64,000 bases of DNA, from NCBI GenBank assembly GCA_963786955.1, contig CAWBAT010000005.1:224001-288000 (forward strand). The letters run 5' to 3'. A program made the position numbers and the translations under genes. The notes under the pieces were generated by a model. That model saw only the letters and a list, made by a program, of their open reading frames with translations, was not told where the DNA came from and made no database searches. How positions within the stretch are numbered: the stretch's first letter is position 1; every line of letters starts with the position of its first letter. Below are positions 10,674-21,080 of the stretch, piece after piece. The DNA comes from an uncultured Acidimicrobiia bacterium. Its GTDB lineage: Bacteria > Acidobacteriota > Terriglobia > Versatilivoradales > Versatilivoraceae.

Positions 10674-11864
10674 TTATCCTTTAACTTCAAAGCCAAACTG
10701 GAAGTGTGAAACCTTGCGCGTGACAAATGGCACCTCTACGACCAGGTGTGCCAGGTATGCCACCAGCAGACAGATAAGGATCCCGACAAACGACCACCCG
10801 AAATGCTCTGGAAGGCAGTGGCCAGGAGAAGACGACATCAGCCATCCGCTCATGAAGACCAGGATAGGGAAATGCAGAACATAAAGGGAGTAAGACATGT
10901 CACCCAATGGCTTTATGGCGTCAAGGAGATTCAAACTCCTTCCCTTCTCCTGGAAGGCAAAACAGACCGCGATGAGACCACCGAACATAAGACTGCAAAG
11001 AATATCGTGAACAACCGAGTTGGTTTTGAAAATAGGCAACAGGATGACGAATCCTAAAAATGGGGAAAGGCGCTTGAACGGGACGTTAATCCTCTGAGTA
11101 AATACATCGGCTAGTAATGCCCCAACCCACCAGGCAAGCATCATTGAAAAGACATCATTGAGTAGGACAATATGCGTTAGCAACTGGAACAAGCTTAAGA
11201 TCCACAGGCATGACATAAGGCCTGTTGCCAGTGCGATAGATTTTTTTGAAAGCCACCAGAAAACAGGATAGATCATATAAAACCACCACTCGAATTTAAG
11301 CGACCAGAGCGGTCCGTTCGTACCCCAGGTTGGGACATACGAATTCATCAGGAAAAGTAGATTCCCAAGTCCTGTAAACCAATCGTGAGGTACAAGAACA
11401 TTTTGGTTGATCAAGGGGTAAGGTGTTTTTTGTTGATAGATAATGAAGCCGAGGCTAGCACCAAGCAGATCCAAGGCAAGCGTCAGAGCTAGCGAAAGGA
11501 ATAGGGGAGGGTAAAGCCGTCTTACCCTACGCATCAGATAGCGAGTCCAATCAAATTGAGCCTCCTCTCGATTCATGTACAACTGCTTTGAATACCGGAG
11601 GTGAATAACAAAGCCGGAAAGAACGAAGAAGAAAACAACCGCTTCATGACCAAATCTGAATAGTGAAGAGGCATAAACAAGGGCCGTCTCGAATCTACTG
11701 TAGTCATGGGGATGTTTCACAAAACCTTCTGAATAGCCTTCCCACAGTAACCATCTGGCGTGGCCAACCAGGACGTAAAAGGCGGCTAGACCACGAAGCC
11801 CATCAAGAAAAAAAAGGCTGTGATTTTCCCTAACTTTCAGCTCTGCCTGCCTTTGCTTTTCCAC
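10674..11864 (-). CDS. Acyltransferase_3 (OafA-like) O-acyltransferase
   Basis: LDGLRGLAA, FFVLSGF, RRVRRLYP, WSLKFEWWFY and GDMSYSLYVLHFP motifs. Confidence 0.9.
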   Translation of the reverse strand: MEKQRQAELKVRENHSLFFLDGLRGLAAFYVLVGHARWLLWEGYSEGFVKHPHDYSRFETALVYASSLFRFGHEAVVFFFVLSGFVIHLRYSKQLYMNREEAQFDWTRYLMRRVRRLYPPLFLSLALTLALDLLGASLGFIIYQQKTPYPLINQNVLVPHDWFTGLGNLLFLMNSYVPTWGTNGPLWSLKFEWWFYMIYPVFWWLSKKSIALATGLMSCLWILSLFQLLTHIVLLNDVFSMMLAWWVGALLADVFTQRINVPFKRLSPFLGFVILLPIFKTNSVVHDILCSLMFGGLIAVCFAFQEKGRSLNLLDAIKPLGDMSYSLYVLHFPILVFMSGWLMSSSPGHCLPEHFGWSFVGILICLLVAYLAHLVVEVPFVTRKVSHFQFGFEVKG

Positions 11865-11921
11865 TTATTTTAATCAACAGGAAATGAATCAGTGAAGATT
11901 GACGGGTCGCATAAAATCCAA

Positions 11922-12872
11922 TCAAGCAACTTTGCGCATCCAGAAACTGGCGCAGCCAAGCGAACCCGGCCTGAACTCTCCAGCGATTGTTGGCCACAGT
12001 TGCTCTACATCAGCCATGTGTTCAAGGCAAAGCCAATAGTTGGAGGCGGCTACTGAGAAGGATCGGTTATAAGACAGAAAGGCCTCCAACAAATATTGCT
12101 CACCGAATGCAATTCTCTTTTCGATGAGCCATTCGGATGGGTAATCATGCGGGAAAAAGATGTCGTGAACGTGAATCCACACGCCCGGCTTGAGGGCTGG
12201 AAGAATTTCCAAGAACTCACGGCAAACGTCTCCACCAAACTTCACCGCGTGGCTTGAATCAATAAATAGAATGTCTCCGCTTTGAAGCCGGGAGAAGAAG
12301 TCGAGGGGTAAGCTCTCAACCGGTTTCTCAATGAGTTCAATTTCAAGCTTTGGCGCCGTGAGACGCGGCTGAGGAAAAGGTTCGACACAGGTGAGCTTGC
12401 CATCATGCCCTTCGGTCCGATTTCGTTGCAGCGCTTTATGGGCGACTCGCGTCGAGTAGCCGCTGCCTATCTCGATCACCTGCCTGGGCTTCAAATCGCG
12501 AATGATGGAATAATAAAGCGCGGCATCAAAGCCTCCAAAATAATCGTTCTGGAAATTAAATCCCTCGGGATCTGAACGCTGTGCGAGACCCTGCAGTTCG
12601 ATCCGATATTGCCGGCCAAGGCGACGTATAAGTTCCAATTGTTCATGAAGGTTAAAATCAATGGCTGCAAAATCACGACGCCTTGTGGTCTGCTCGGTCT
12701 GAATCAGTGAGAAGTCTGGCAAGGGCTCGTAGAAATGAATGGGCCGGATGTGGTAGCCCCAGCGATCGGTGATTTCTGGATTAGACCTGAGCAGGAACAG
12801 CAAGTGCCGGGTAAGTCTAACGGGCAGGATTCGACAAAACGCGAGCGCAATGTGATTAAAGAGTACTTTCAA
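11922..12872 (-). CDS. Class I SAM-dependent methyltransferase (Methyltransf_24-like)
   Basis: IEIGSGYST, LFIDSSH and HVHDIFFP motifs. The track start (12986) overlaps the upstream gene by 130 bp, so TTG at 12872 is preferred. Confidence 0.82.
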   Translation of the reverse strand: MKVLFNHIALAFCRILPVRLTRHLLFLLRSNPEITDRWGYHIRPIHFYEPLPDFSLIQTEQTTRRRDFAAIDFNLHEQLELIRRLGRQYRIELQGLAQRSDPEGFNFQNDYFGGFDAALYYSIIRDLKPRQVIEIGSGYSTRVAHKALQRNRTEGHDGKLTCVEPFPQPRLTAPKLEIELIEKPVESLPLDFFSRLQSGDILFIDSSHAVKFGGDVCREFLEILPALKPGVWIHVHDIFFPHDYPSEWLIEKRIAFGEQYLLEAFLSYNRSFSVAASNYWLCLEHMADVEQLWPTIAGEFRPGSLGCASFWMRKVA

Positions 12873-14112
12873 CAGGGACTTGGCTTCGTAAGTCAGTGCA
12901 TAAGGGTCTTTGTTCGCAGATCGCGTTATACAAGATCTGCTGGCCAGTCTCGCATCCGAAGTAACTCTGGCCAGTCTCCAATGCACGTTTACCCAACTGG
13001 ATTCGGTCGGCAGGATCTTGCGTTAAGCGCCGCAAAGAAATCGTCAACAATTCCGGGCTATCCGTATTCACCACCTCGGCGACTCCGGGATTCTCTTTAG
13101 CCCAGCGTACGGCGGAACAGTAATCCGGACCGTAGATCAACAGTGGCAACCCAACCGCTGTGTAATCGGTGAGCTTGCTGGGAAAACTAATCTCCATATT
13201 CGGCCGGTCAGTTGGGGCGAAGGACATTGGTACAAAAAGAGCGTCTGCTTCCTCACGCAACCGCGTCATCAACTCACTGGACTTCACTAAACCGCGCAAC
13301 AAGATATTAGAGCGGTCGAGGCCAGCCTGCCGCAGCGCTTCTGGAGTAGAAGGACCGAAAATGAGCAAACGGCCATCGATGGGCGCCAGTGCATTGGCCA
13401 TGTTCACCAGGGCGCTGACATAACCCGGTGAATTGATGCTCCCTCCGAAGGCAACTGTGAATGGGTGATCGTCCCGGGCAATTCGTTCCGGCGGTGCATC
13501 GAACCTTGGGCAATCCGCCGCCCGCGAAGGATAGAGGACAGTGCCCGGGAAACCGTACCTTCTTTGATACTCTTCCGCCATGTAGGGGGACACACAGAGA
13601 CGCGAAACTGCTTGCCGATAGATCCGGCCAAACTCCTTCTCCAGCCAAGGGCGAAACCATTCCGCAATCTGGGCCATCCGGGGCAGATCATCATGACAGA
13701 TGAGGTGCAATGGCAATTCATGTTGCGACGCAAAACGTGCGGCGGTCAACCACGAGAATCCATGCGTCACAGTCAGTACTGCCTCTGAACGGAAGCCTGC
13801 CAATAATCGAGCCACTTGTCCGGCGCTTCTACTGGTTCTCATCAACCATGCAGCATACCAGCGAGCGAAACGCGTATGAAGCAGGCGATAGTTGCCGACC
13901 TGGAGTTCCTCGTATTGAATCCCCGACAGCCGGCGGTCCGGCAGCGAGCGCAAAAGATTCGTCTCAATAATGCGCAGTCGGTTTGACGGCCAACTTTGCA
14001 ACAAGCGAAACAGCAGCGCCGAGCCGTGGTAAGACGCCTCGACAGGGACATCACCGAGGTATAGCAGTCGTGGAAGATCGAGGCTGCTCGTTGCTTGGGG
14101 ATCATCAAGCAT
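12856..14112 (-). CDS. Glycosyltransferase (GT-B fold, GT4-like)
   Basis: HLICHDD and FPSKLTDYTAVGLPLL motifs; cluster context. Confidence 0.75.
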   Translation of the reverse strand: MLDDPQATSSLDLPRLLYLGDVPVEASYHGSALLFRLLQSWPSNRLRIIETNLLRSLPDRRLSGIQYEELQVGNYRLLHTRFARWYAAWLMRTSRSAGQVARLLAGFRSEAVLTVTHGFSWLTAARFASQHELPLHLICHDDLPRMAQIAEWFRPWLEKEFGRIYRQAVSRLCVSPYMAEEYQRRYGFPGTVLYPSRAADCPRFDAPPERIARDDHPFTVAFGGSINSPGYVSALVNMANALAPIDGRLLIFGPSTPEALRQAGLDRSNILLRGLVKSSELMTRLREEADALFVPMSFAPTDRPNMEISFPSKLTDYTAVGLPLLIYGPDYCSAVRWAKENPGVAEVVNTDSPELLTISLRRLTQDPADRIQLGKRALETGQSYFGCETGQQILYNAICEQRPLCTDLRSQVPVESTL

Positions 14113-15349
14113 TTGCGGTTTTTAGAGTACGATATTCATCACATTTTTTGATACCTCTGGCAAAACCTTCATAGAGGAACCGCTGGCCATACCGAACGAT
14201 GGGTCTCTCAAAATATTGCCACGACAACGACGCCATACATAGAGTAATTGCCAGTGCCATCACTGTCACAAATGCGTCCAGAGTGTTTGCGATCCGGGGA
14301 GGTTGAGAGAGAATCATAGCATGTAACAGCCCGGACACAGGCTGATGGAAGAGATAAACCCCGTAAGACACCGTACCGACCCAGACGAGGAATGAATTAC
14401 GAAAAAGAATGCGTGTCAGGCCCTCGGTTGAGAGGGTAGCCAGAAGAATCAAACCCAAGCTCATCACCGCGAGAACCGTATGACCAAAGAAGGACATGCC
14501 TTCGGAGGCTATGCCTTGACTCTTCGCCAGTAAACCCAAGGTCGCAAACACGCAGACCACGACACAGACCCGAATCCATTTTGTGCAAGCGGCTAGCCAG
14601 ACGCGGGCATCGTCCCGCCGCATGGCGTAAGCCCCGAGTGCCCCGAGGAACAAGGCATCCCAACGCGCCGGTAAGAGGACATAACCGGGGACGCCAGCGT
14701 GCGGATGCCAGAGGAACAGCACGCCTCGCAACACAGGCGCGCATAACACAAGTACGGCCAGCAACCAAGGCAATGCCCGCGCCGGCACAAATCGGACCAG
14801 AAGCGGCAGAACGATGTAAAACTGCTCCTCAATCGCAAGCGACCACGTGGGTCCCATCCAGTTTGGGCCCATATCACCGGAAGAGGCCATTGCGAAATTC
14901 TGGAGGCAAGTTGCGTAGGTCCACAGTGGAAATGAACCTCCAAACAACCAGTAAAACCCGCGTCCTTTCGCAGCCCATCCGGCGGCGACCGCCAAAGCAA
15001 ATAATCCGAACATGAGATAGTAGAGCGGGAATATGCGACAAAACCGACGGGCGTAAAAGGCTCTGAAATAATTCGGCGCAGACCGGTTGTCGAGCAGGAT
15101 ACCTGCGATGAGAAAGCCCGACAAAACAAAGAACAAATCCACACCCGCCCAAGTCAACGAGAACATTTTCATACCATAAGCGGCAAACGAACCAGGCCGT
15201 GTTTGTACCGTTGTTGCAAAATAATGCCACACGATCACAAGCAGTATTGCCATACCGCGCACGCCGTCTAGTTCTGGAATGCGTCCCGCAATGACTTTCG
15301 CCTGTCTGAAAGTGTCCACCGACAATATCGATTGTGCAGTGGCCATCAA
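14105..15349 (-). CDS. Acyltransferase_3 O-acyltransferase
   Basis: LDGVRGMAI, GVDLFFVLSGFLI, RRFCRIFPLY, WSLAIEEQFY and SYGVYLFH motifs. Confidence 0.92.
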   Translation of the reverse strand: MMATAQSILSVDTFRQAKVIAGRIPELDGVRGMAILLVIVWHYFATTVQTRPGSFAAYGMKMFSLTWAGVDLFFVLSGFLIAGILLDNRSAPNYFRAFYARRFCRIFPLYYLMFGLFALAVAAGWAAKGRGFYWLFGGSFPLWTYATCLQNFAMASSGDMGPNWMGPTWSLAIEEQFYIVLPLLVRFVPARALPWLLAVLVLCAPVLRGVLFLWHPHAGVPGYVLLPARWDALFLGALGAYAMRRDDARVWLAACTKWIRVCVVVCVFATLGLLAKSQGIASEGMSFFGHTVLAVMSLGLILLATLSTEGLTRILFRNSFLVWVGTVSYGVYLFHQPVSGLLHAMILSQPPRIANTLDAFVTVMALAITLCMASLSWQYFERPIVRYGQRFLYEGFARGIKKCDEYRTLKTANA

Positions 15350-15487
15350 TTGAATTTCGAGGGAAAACTCATGTTGACCAAAAACAAGCCAATGTCTTTC
15401 GGCGGATTACTCATGCTTTCATATTGTTTCCGGTCGAGGCGACCATTGAATAATTTGACTGCGCAACGACAACTTGCATGATCTTGG

Positions 15488-16480
15488 TTATGATCTTGTT
15501 GCAACTTGACTCAGCTTTTTTGACGGAAGCTCGTAAGCCCTCAGCATCCATTCGGTTGTCAGGCGGACCCCCTCCTCTAGACTGTAGGAGTTTCTGTGAC
15601 CTAGATCACGAATCGACTTCGTGGTGTCTACCTGCTTGTGCTTGGTGGTGAGAATTTCCGAGTCGCGGTATTCGACAAGTTTTGGATCTGCCCCAGTCAC
15701 TCGCAGAATCGTGTCAGAGAGCTCCTCAATGGTATGTTGGGAATCTCCGCCAATGTTGTATGTTTCTCCCGGCTTAAAATTGTCCACAATGTTTGCCAAG
15801 GTGCCTACGGTGTCCGCAAGATAAGTGGAGGTTCGCGAGTGGCCTCGAAAGACCACCCAAGGCAAACCCATCAAAGCGCAGTAAAGGAATCGGCAGTTCA
15901 CTGAGCGGTATGGGCTGTAATATTCGCCCGGTCCATATGTGTTAAAGAGGCGCACAACCACGCTTTCAGTTTTGTACTGGGCAGCCGAGTTTCGAATTTG
16001 CATTTCGTTGACCCATTTACTCATGGCGTAGTCGTTGAGTTGTTTGACTTCGTGCTCATCCATAACGCTTTCCAGCATGAGGTCTGGCCAGTCTCCGTAC
16101 ACTTCAGAAGAAGAGAAATGTATTAGTCGAAACTTGAGTCGCTCCTGAAGACGAATGATGTTCTTGGTGCCGACGGCGTTGGTGCGCCAGAGGCTTTCAT
16201 AGAAGTCCTCCCCATTCCAACGCCCGAACTCTGCGGCTGCATGATAAACATGATCGAACGGTCCGAGCCCCTCAATCACACGTTCTATCTGGCGAAACTC
16301 GCCAACATCGCACCGCGCATAAGTTGGCTTGTCCACATCCGTCCGGAGCGAAAATCCAGTTTCGTCTTCGCGATGTGAACGATCACACGATAGAACCCAG
16401 TGACCACGTTCTCGTAGTTCCTTTACCAAGCCAGCACCCACCGTTCCATTGCCACCGGTAACTAATATTCTCTTTTGCAT
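15488..16480 (-). CDS. NAD-dependent epimerase/dehydratase (extended SDR)
   Basis: ILVTGGNGTVG, SSSEVYG, YAMSK and RLFNTYGP motifs. Confidence 0.9.
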   Translation of the reverse strand: MQKRILVTGGNGTVGAGLVKELRERGHWVLSCDRSHREDETGFSLRTDVDKPTYARCDVGEFRQIERVIEGLGPFDHVYHAAAEFGRWNGEDFYESLWRTNAVGTKNIIRLQERLKFRLIHFSSSEVYGDWPDLMLESVMDEHEVKQLNDYAMSKWVNEMQIRNSAAQYKTESVVVRLFNTYGPGEYYSPYRSVNCRFLYCALMGLPWVVFRGHSRTSTYLADTVGTLANIVDNFKPGETYNIGGDSQHTIEELSDTILRVTGADPKLVEYRDSEILTTKHKQVDTTKSIRDLGHRNSYSLEEGVRLTTEWMLRAYELPSKKLSQVATRS

Positions 16481-16616
16481 AGGATTATCTTTGATTGATA
16501 AGACCGACTTGTCCGCCGAAAGTTGAACACACTGTTTCTTCTTGCCGTGCGAGTCGCTGTGCGCCTCTTATGGAAGAATTCATCGTATGGATTTTGTTTT
16601 CACGCTGTAGCCGGAG

Positions 16617-17276
16617 TTAAGGCTGAAATTGAGCAAGCATGCTGCTCCAGTCATCTAATTCCGGGATTTGGACCTTTTGCCGTAGTGTTCGGTTGAGCGC
16701 CTGTAAGGACCGTCGAGATACCGGGGCTCTGTTCCAGACCATGCCGATATTTGGATTTATTCCCGTAAATCGGTAGCGGTGGCGGAACGAACTGGCTGCC
16801 TGCCTGTAAGGCAGGTACTCGAAGTCGTGAATAATTACAATAGGCGTTTGCGGTTGCGCAGCAGCGACCGCGCGTATTGTGTTGCAACGTTCGCGCCCCG
16901 TGGTGGAATCGTCAATGAGAATCAGGTCAAAAGCCTCGATGTCTATTTCTCCCACTGCTTTGGCTACAGGCCCGTTCACCAGATGCAGCTTCAAAAGTGG
17001 GTTCGCTCCAAGCTGCTCCCGAATGCGCTCTGCCCACGCTGGGTCGTTCTCATACGAATCCAATTGTTGGAGTTGTGGAAAACACCGCGAGTCCAAAAAC
17101 AACCTCGTGCTGTACTCACCACAGCCGAACTCGAGAACTCGCTGAATCCGCCACCATCGCTCCGCGGCCAGCAGAATGGGTATGTGTGTGAGATACGGGT
17201 TAGAGGCCCGTGTGGGGAGGCGGAGCAGGTAACGGTCACGCAGGACGTGGAAGTTACTTGCTAAACGGGCGAGCAT
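16617..17276 (-). CDS. Putative SAM-dependent methyltransferase-like protein
   Basis: VLEFGCGEYST, DLILIDD and IIHD resemble methyltransferase motifs. Confidence 0.6.
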   Translation of the reverse strand: MLARLASNFHVLRDRYLLRLPTRASNPYLTHIPILLAAERWWRIQRVLEFGCGEYSTRLFLDSRCFPQLQQLDSYENDPAWAERIREQLGANPLLKLHLVNGPVAKAVGEIDIEAFDLILIDDSTTGRERCNTIRAVAAAQPQTPIVIIHDFEYLPYRQAASSFRHRYRFTGINPNIGMVWNRAPVSRRSLQALNRTLRQKVQIPELDDWSSMLAQFQP

Positions 17277-18844
17277 TTTGGGGATGCTTCAGGGCAGCTC
17301 GAAGCTCCAGCAAAGACCGACGGTTTCCCCAATTTCATTAGCGCCGCGGCGTGGAGTCGGTATTTCAAAGCAATGAACGCCATACCCGCAAATGATCCAG
17401 CGAAAATAGCCCAGGCAAATGGAAGTTGTTGGAACGCCACGACGCAGGCAGCAAAAAGCAGCGTGGCGGTGGCAGCGACCAAACCCCAACGCATGTATTT
17501 CATCACGGCCGGCAGTTGCCTGTAGAGGAACACAACACAAGGAAGGTTTGCCAAGCCGTACGCGGCCACCATACTGGCGGCATAACCTGCAGCCCCATAT
17601 CGCGGCACTAGAATCCAGGCTGCCGCACCAAACAAGACGGCAAAGACCGCATTGACGACAAGAGAAAACCAAATTCGGCCCATGCTGATAAGGATGCTAC
17701 CCATCGGGAACAGCAGAGCATACAAAACCGCGTGGAGCATGAGCCACAAGACCACACTGGAATGTCTCTCATACTGCGCGCCATAAGGCATGAGCGTCAA
17801 GCCAGGCGCAGCCGCCTGCAACAGCGAAACCGGCACGATGATCAGAGTCGCGAGAAGAAAGTTGAAAAGAAGGGTGCGCTGAAAAGTGACACGATCCCCT
17901 TTGCCAAAGGACTCACATAAGATCGGCAACATTGGGGCGATGAGCATGGCAAGAAATGTTTCCGGCAACAGCTTCACCCGCAGAGCCGCGTTGTAGATTC
18001 CCATATCGCCATAGCCGCCTGCCTGGTTCACCACCAGTGCACCCGCACCCCACGCCACTACACTGTTCAATACCCCGGACAGCACAGCGGGAACGCTGAA
18101 ACTCCAGAACAGCTTGTTCTCCGCCAGTGCTCCGGCGAGTTGGATGGGAACCTGAAACCGACCGGATTCCGCGCGGAGGGCGACAAAACAAAGAAGACAG
18201 TTCGCCAGTTGGCTGCCGATCAGCCCCCAAACCGCGCCAGCCACGCCCCAATACAACGCCCCCACAACCATCAGCGGAAACGTGAGCAGCCCAGCGATCA
18301 GATTGATGCGGGCGATGGCCTTAAACGCCTCAAAGCCAGAGAGTGCGCCCGTCTGCGCGCCGTTGATGCCACTAAGGAAAAGCAGCAATGCGCCCACTTG
18401 CAGCAAACGAGCGAGGTGTGGCGCGGCTAGTGTGTTCGCCGCCAGCCAAGGGCCGAAGAATAAAAGCACGAGTGCCATGAGACCGCTCGCGATCCAAGCG
18501 GTAGCACTAGCCAGTGCAATAATGCGCCCGGCACGTGCGGGGTCCGTATGTTTGAATTCGGCGACATGCTTGTTGGCCGTCAACCCCATGCCGAAGCCTG
18601 CCAAAGTACCGAACATGCCAATGGTGTTCTGGATGATGCCGAGTTCGCCGAATAATTCCTTGCCAAGCATCCGGCCCACTAGAATCGCCGAGAGCAATCC
18701 CAAGCCCCGCGAGATAAGCGAGCCAGACAGCGACCAGAACGCGCCGCGGGTAAGCCGGCTTCCCAAAGGCGAGGCTTCGACGCGCTGGAAGAAACCCTGA
18801 AAAGAAGTGGGCGAGAAGAAGTAGATTAGAGACTTGGTTGTCAT
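17261..18844 (-). CDS. wzx: Oligosaccharide flippase
   Basis: Polytopic membrane protein with GAFWSL...GRMLGKELFGELGII...GMGLTANKHVAE (Polysacc_synt pattern). ATG at 18844 is preferred because 18871 lies in a repeat array. Confidence 0.88.
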   Translation of the reverse strand: MTTKSLIYFFSPTSFQGFFQRVEASPLGSRLTRGAFWSLSGSLISRGLGLLSAILVGRMLGKELFGELGIIQNTIGMFGTLAGFGMGLTANKHVAEFKHTDPARAGRIIALASATAWIASGLMALVLLFFGPWLAANTLAAPHLARLLQVGALLLFLSGINGAQTGALSGFEAFKAIARINLIAGLLTFPLMVVGALYWGVAGAVWGLIGSQLANCLLCFVALRAESGRFQVPIQLAGALAENKLFWSFSVPAVLSGVLNSVVAWGAGALVVNQAGGYGDMGIYNAALRVKLLPETFLAMLIAPMLPILCESFGKGDRVTFQRTLLFNFLLATLIIVPVSLLQAAAPGLTLMPYGAQYERHSSVVLWLMLHAVLYALLFPMGSILISMGRIWFSLVVNAVFAVLFGAAAWILVPRYGAAGYAASMVAAYGLANLPCVVFLYRQLPAVMKYMRWGLVAATATLLFAACVVAFQQLPFAWAIFAGSFAGMAFIALKYRLHAAALMKLGKPSVFAGASSCPEASPKCSPV

Positions 18845-18865
18845 TAATGAGATCTTAGGTCCAGT

Positions 18866-19105
18866 GTCCAAAGTCGAAGGGCGGAACTAAAGGTCCAAGG
18901 TCTAAGGTCGAAAGTCTACCAATTGCCGAATGCCGATTGCGGATTGCCGAGTGGTGATTGAAAAGCAAATTCTCGCAGAGAACGCGAAGGACACCAAGAA
19001 AACGATCAAGGTCAAAAACTTAAGACAAAAGCAAATATTGCCGCAAAAGAGCGCAAAGGGCGGGCCCACCCCCCTGAAGTCCCCCCTTGTGTAAAGGGGG
19101 ACAGA
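18866..19105. repeat. Modular A-rich repeat array A1
   Basis: AAGGTCC/AAGGTCT/AAGGTCG and TGCCGAA/TGCCGAT heptamers, CGCAAAAGAGCGCAAAGGG, then hairpin GTCCCCCCTTGTGTAAAGGGGGAC. Confidence 0.85.
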
Positions 19106-19181
19106 AGGTGCCAAAGATCCCGCCAATACTGGGCTTCGGTTCGCCCCGCTTCAATGACGATTTCCTGGGAGGCACCGTTCA

Positions 19182-19772
19182 TCATCGAAGCTTTACCTCA
19201 TAATAGAAGAACTTCACCACTTCGTTCTGAAACTCTATAAGGCCTTTTTCATTTTGCCACCAGTTGGACGAAACAGAGGAGACAGGTTTGGTCGACGTGA
19301 CCAGAACCTCGACTTGGTTTGCGCCTTTGTTCAGCATCTTTTCAAATAACCAGTTGACTCGCCGTGTATGGAAAGGCTCTGTTGGAACGATCAACCGATG
19401 GGCCTTGTTGGAATGCACCCAATCTTGAAGCGCTAACCCCTCTTCATAGGTACTGGAAACCTCACTCCCTATAAAAACCAGAGCTTCTTCCGGTACGCCT
19501 CGGTTGATGAGGACTTCTTTCAGAAGAGATGTTTCAGGCTGGGTTATTCCGATTTCTTCAGTATTCCTGTGCTCGATGTTCATTACCACAACCTTGGGCG
19601 CAAGACCTTGTTTGTAAAGCTCCGCGGCTAGAAAAGGCCTCGTCTGCAAGCCGCCTCCGAGGACGACAATGGCATCCGCTTTGGACAAAGGTTCGTCGAC
19701 GATCCAGAGCCGGGCAAGGCCGGTGAGCAGCGGGGCGCGGAAAAGGAAGATACCGACGAGAACCAGGGTCAA
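19182..19772 (-). CDS. YdcF/DUF218-family protein
   Basis: ADAIVVLGGG, STYEE, TEPFHTRR and NEVVKFFYY motifs; start codon uncertain. Confidence 0.82.
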   Translation of the reverse strand: MTLVLVGIFLFRAPLLTGLARLWIVDEPLSKADAIVVLGGGLQTRPFLAAELYKQGLAPKVVVMNIEHRNTEEIGITQPETSLLKEVLINRGVPEEALVFIGSEVSSTYEEGLALQDWVHSNKAHRLIVPTEPFHTRRVNWLFEKMLNKGANQVEVLVTSTKPVSSVSSNWWQNEKGLIEFQNEVVKFFYYEVKLR

Positions 19773-19830
19773 GAGGAGGAGACGGAGGAGCCATTTGGTA
19801 ATTATGGATTGGCGAATAAAGATAAGCGAG

Positions 19831-20050
19831 GGTCCAGAGTCTAAGGTCTACCGAATGCCGAATGGCGATTGCCGATTGAAAAGTCAATTCTCGCAAAGAG
19901 CGCTAAGGACGCAAAGACAAACACGAATCTAAACCACGGGGAAAGACAAGACAGCCGCGGTCTCGCAGGAGCTCGCCCCTCCAGAAAGCAGAAGGCAGCG
20001 GGCAGAAAGCAAAGGCAAAAGTAAAAACTCTAAGGAAATAGGTAAAGCAA
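19831..20050. repeat. Modular A-rich repeat array A2
   Basis: Same modules as A1 plus AACCACGGGGAA and AGAAAGC/AGAAGGC heptamers. Confidence 0.85.
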
Positions 20051-20063
20051 ATAGGGGAGTTAT

Positions 20064-21080
20064 TTAGGTCTTGGAACCGACCGCTTGCGTCATGTGGCGT
20101 TGGCTCGCCGCGCTTGCGCTCTGTGAAAGAGAGTTCTTCGAATTGCAGTACCACTCGTAAGTTGCGCGAATCCCGTCTTCGAGCGAAATTTGTGACTGCC
20201 ATCCCAAATTCTGCATGCGAGTGATATCCAACAATTTCCTGGGAGTCCCATCGGGTTTCGACGAGTCGAAGCGCAATTCGCAATCTGTCCCAACAATCCG
20301 GCGTATCAGCAAGGCAAGTTCTCCAATCTCTAAATCCGTACCACTTCCCACATTGAGGATCCCATCCGGGGCTGCCTTGCGTATGGTATCCATCGGTAGC
20401 TGGAGTATGAAGACACAGGCAGCGGCTAAGTCATCTACGTGCAGAAACTCCCGGCGAGGCCTCCCACTCCCCCAAATTTCGACAGCCGCATTTCCATTGC
20501 GCCCGGCCTCGTAGAATTTGCGAATCATTGCCGGCAGAACATGAGAAGTTGTCAAATCGAAGTTGTCGCCCGGACCATACAGGTTGGTCGGCATCAGGCA
20601 AATGGAGTTGAACCCGTGCTGGATCTGATAAGCCTGGCACATTTTGATTCCCACAATCTTTGCTATCGCATAGGCTTCATTTGTTGGTTCCAATGGCCCA
20701 GTGAGGAGGTACTCTTCCTTGAGAGGTTGTGGCGCCAGCTTTGGGTAAATGCACGAAGAGCCCATGAAGATAAACTTTTTGGCACCATTCCGCCTAGCAG
20801 CATCGATCACATTGGTTTCAATAAGAATATTCTCCCGTATGAAATCGGCCGGGTAGCTGCTGTTGGCGAGGATTCCACCAACTCTAGCAGCCGCTAAAAT
20901 GACACAGTCCGGTCGTTCTTCCTCGAAGAAACGATTTACTCTCTCCTGGACAGTCAGGTCCAGCTCGGCTTGAGTTCGGAGCACGATGTTGGCATAGCCT
21001 TCGACTTGTAGCCTGCGCAGGATGGCTGCCCCCACCAATCCACGATGCCCCGCCAGAAAAATTTTCCCCTCTTTATGCAT
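20064..21080 (-). CDS. fcl: GDP-L-fucose synthase
   Basis: [41 protein letters not shown] and KPDGTPRK motifs; start at MHKEG (21080). Confidence 0.95.
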   Translation of the reverse strand: MHKEGKIFLAGHRGLVGAAILRRLQVEGYANIVLRTQAELDLTVQERVNRFFEEERPDCVILAAARVGGILANSSYPADFIRENILIETNVIDAARRNGAKKFIFMGSSCIYPKLAPQPLKEEYLLTGPLEPTNEAYAIAKIVGIKMCQAYQIQHGFNSICLMPTNLYGPGDNFDLTTSHVLPAMIRKFYEAGRNGNAAVEIWGSGRPRREFLHVDDLAAACVFILQLPMDTIRKAAPDGILNVGSGTDLEIGELALLIRRIVGTDCELRFDSSKPDGTPRKLLDITRMQNLGWQSQISLEDGIRATYEWYCNSKNSLSQSASAASQRHMTQAVGSKT

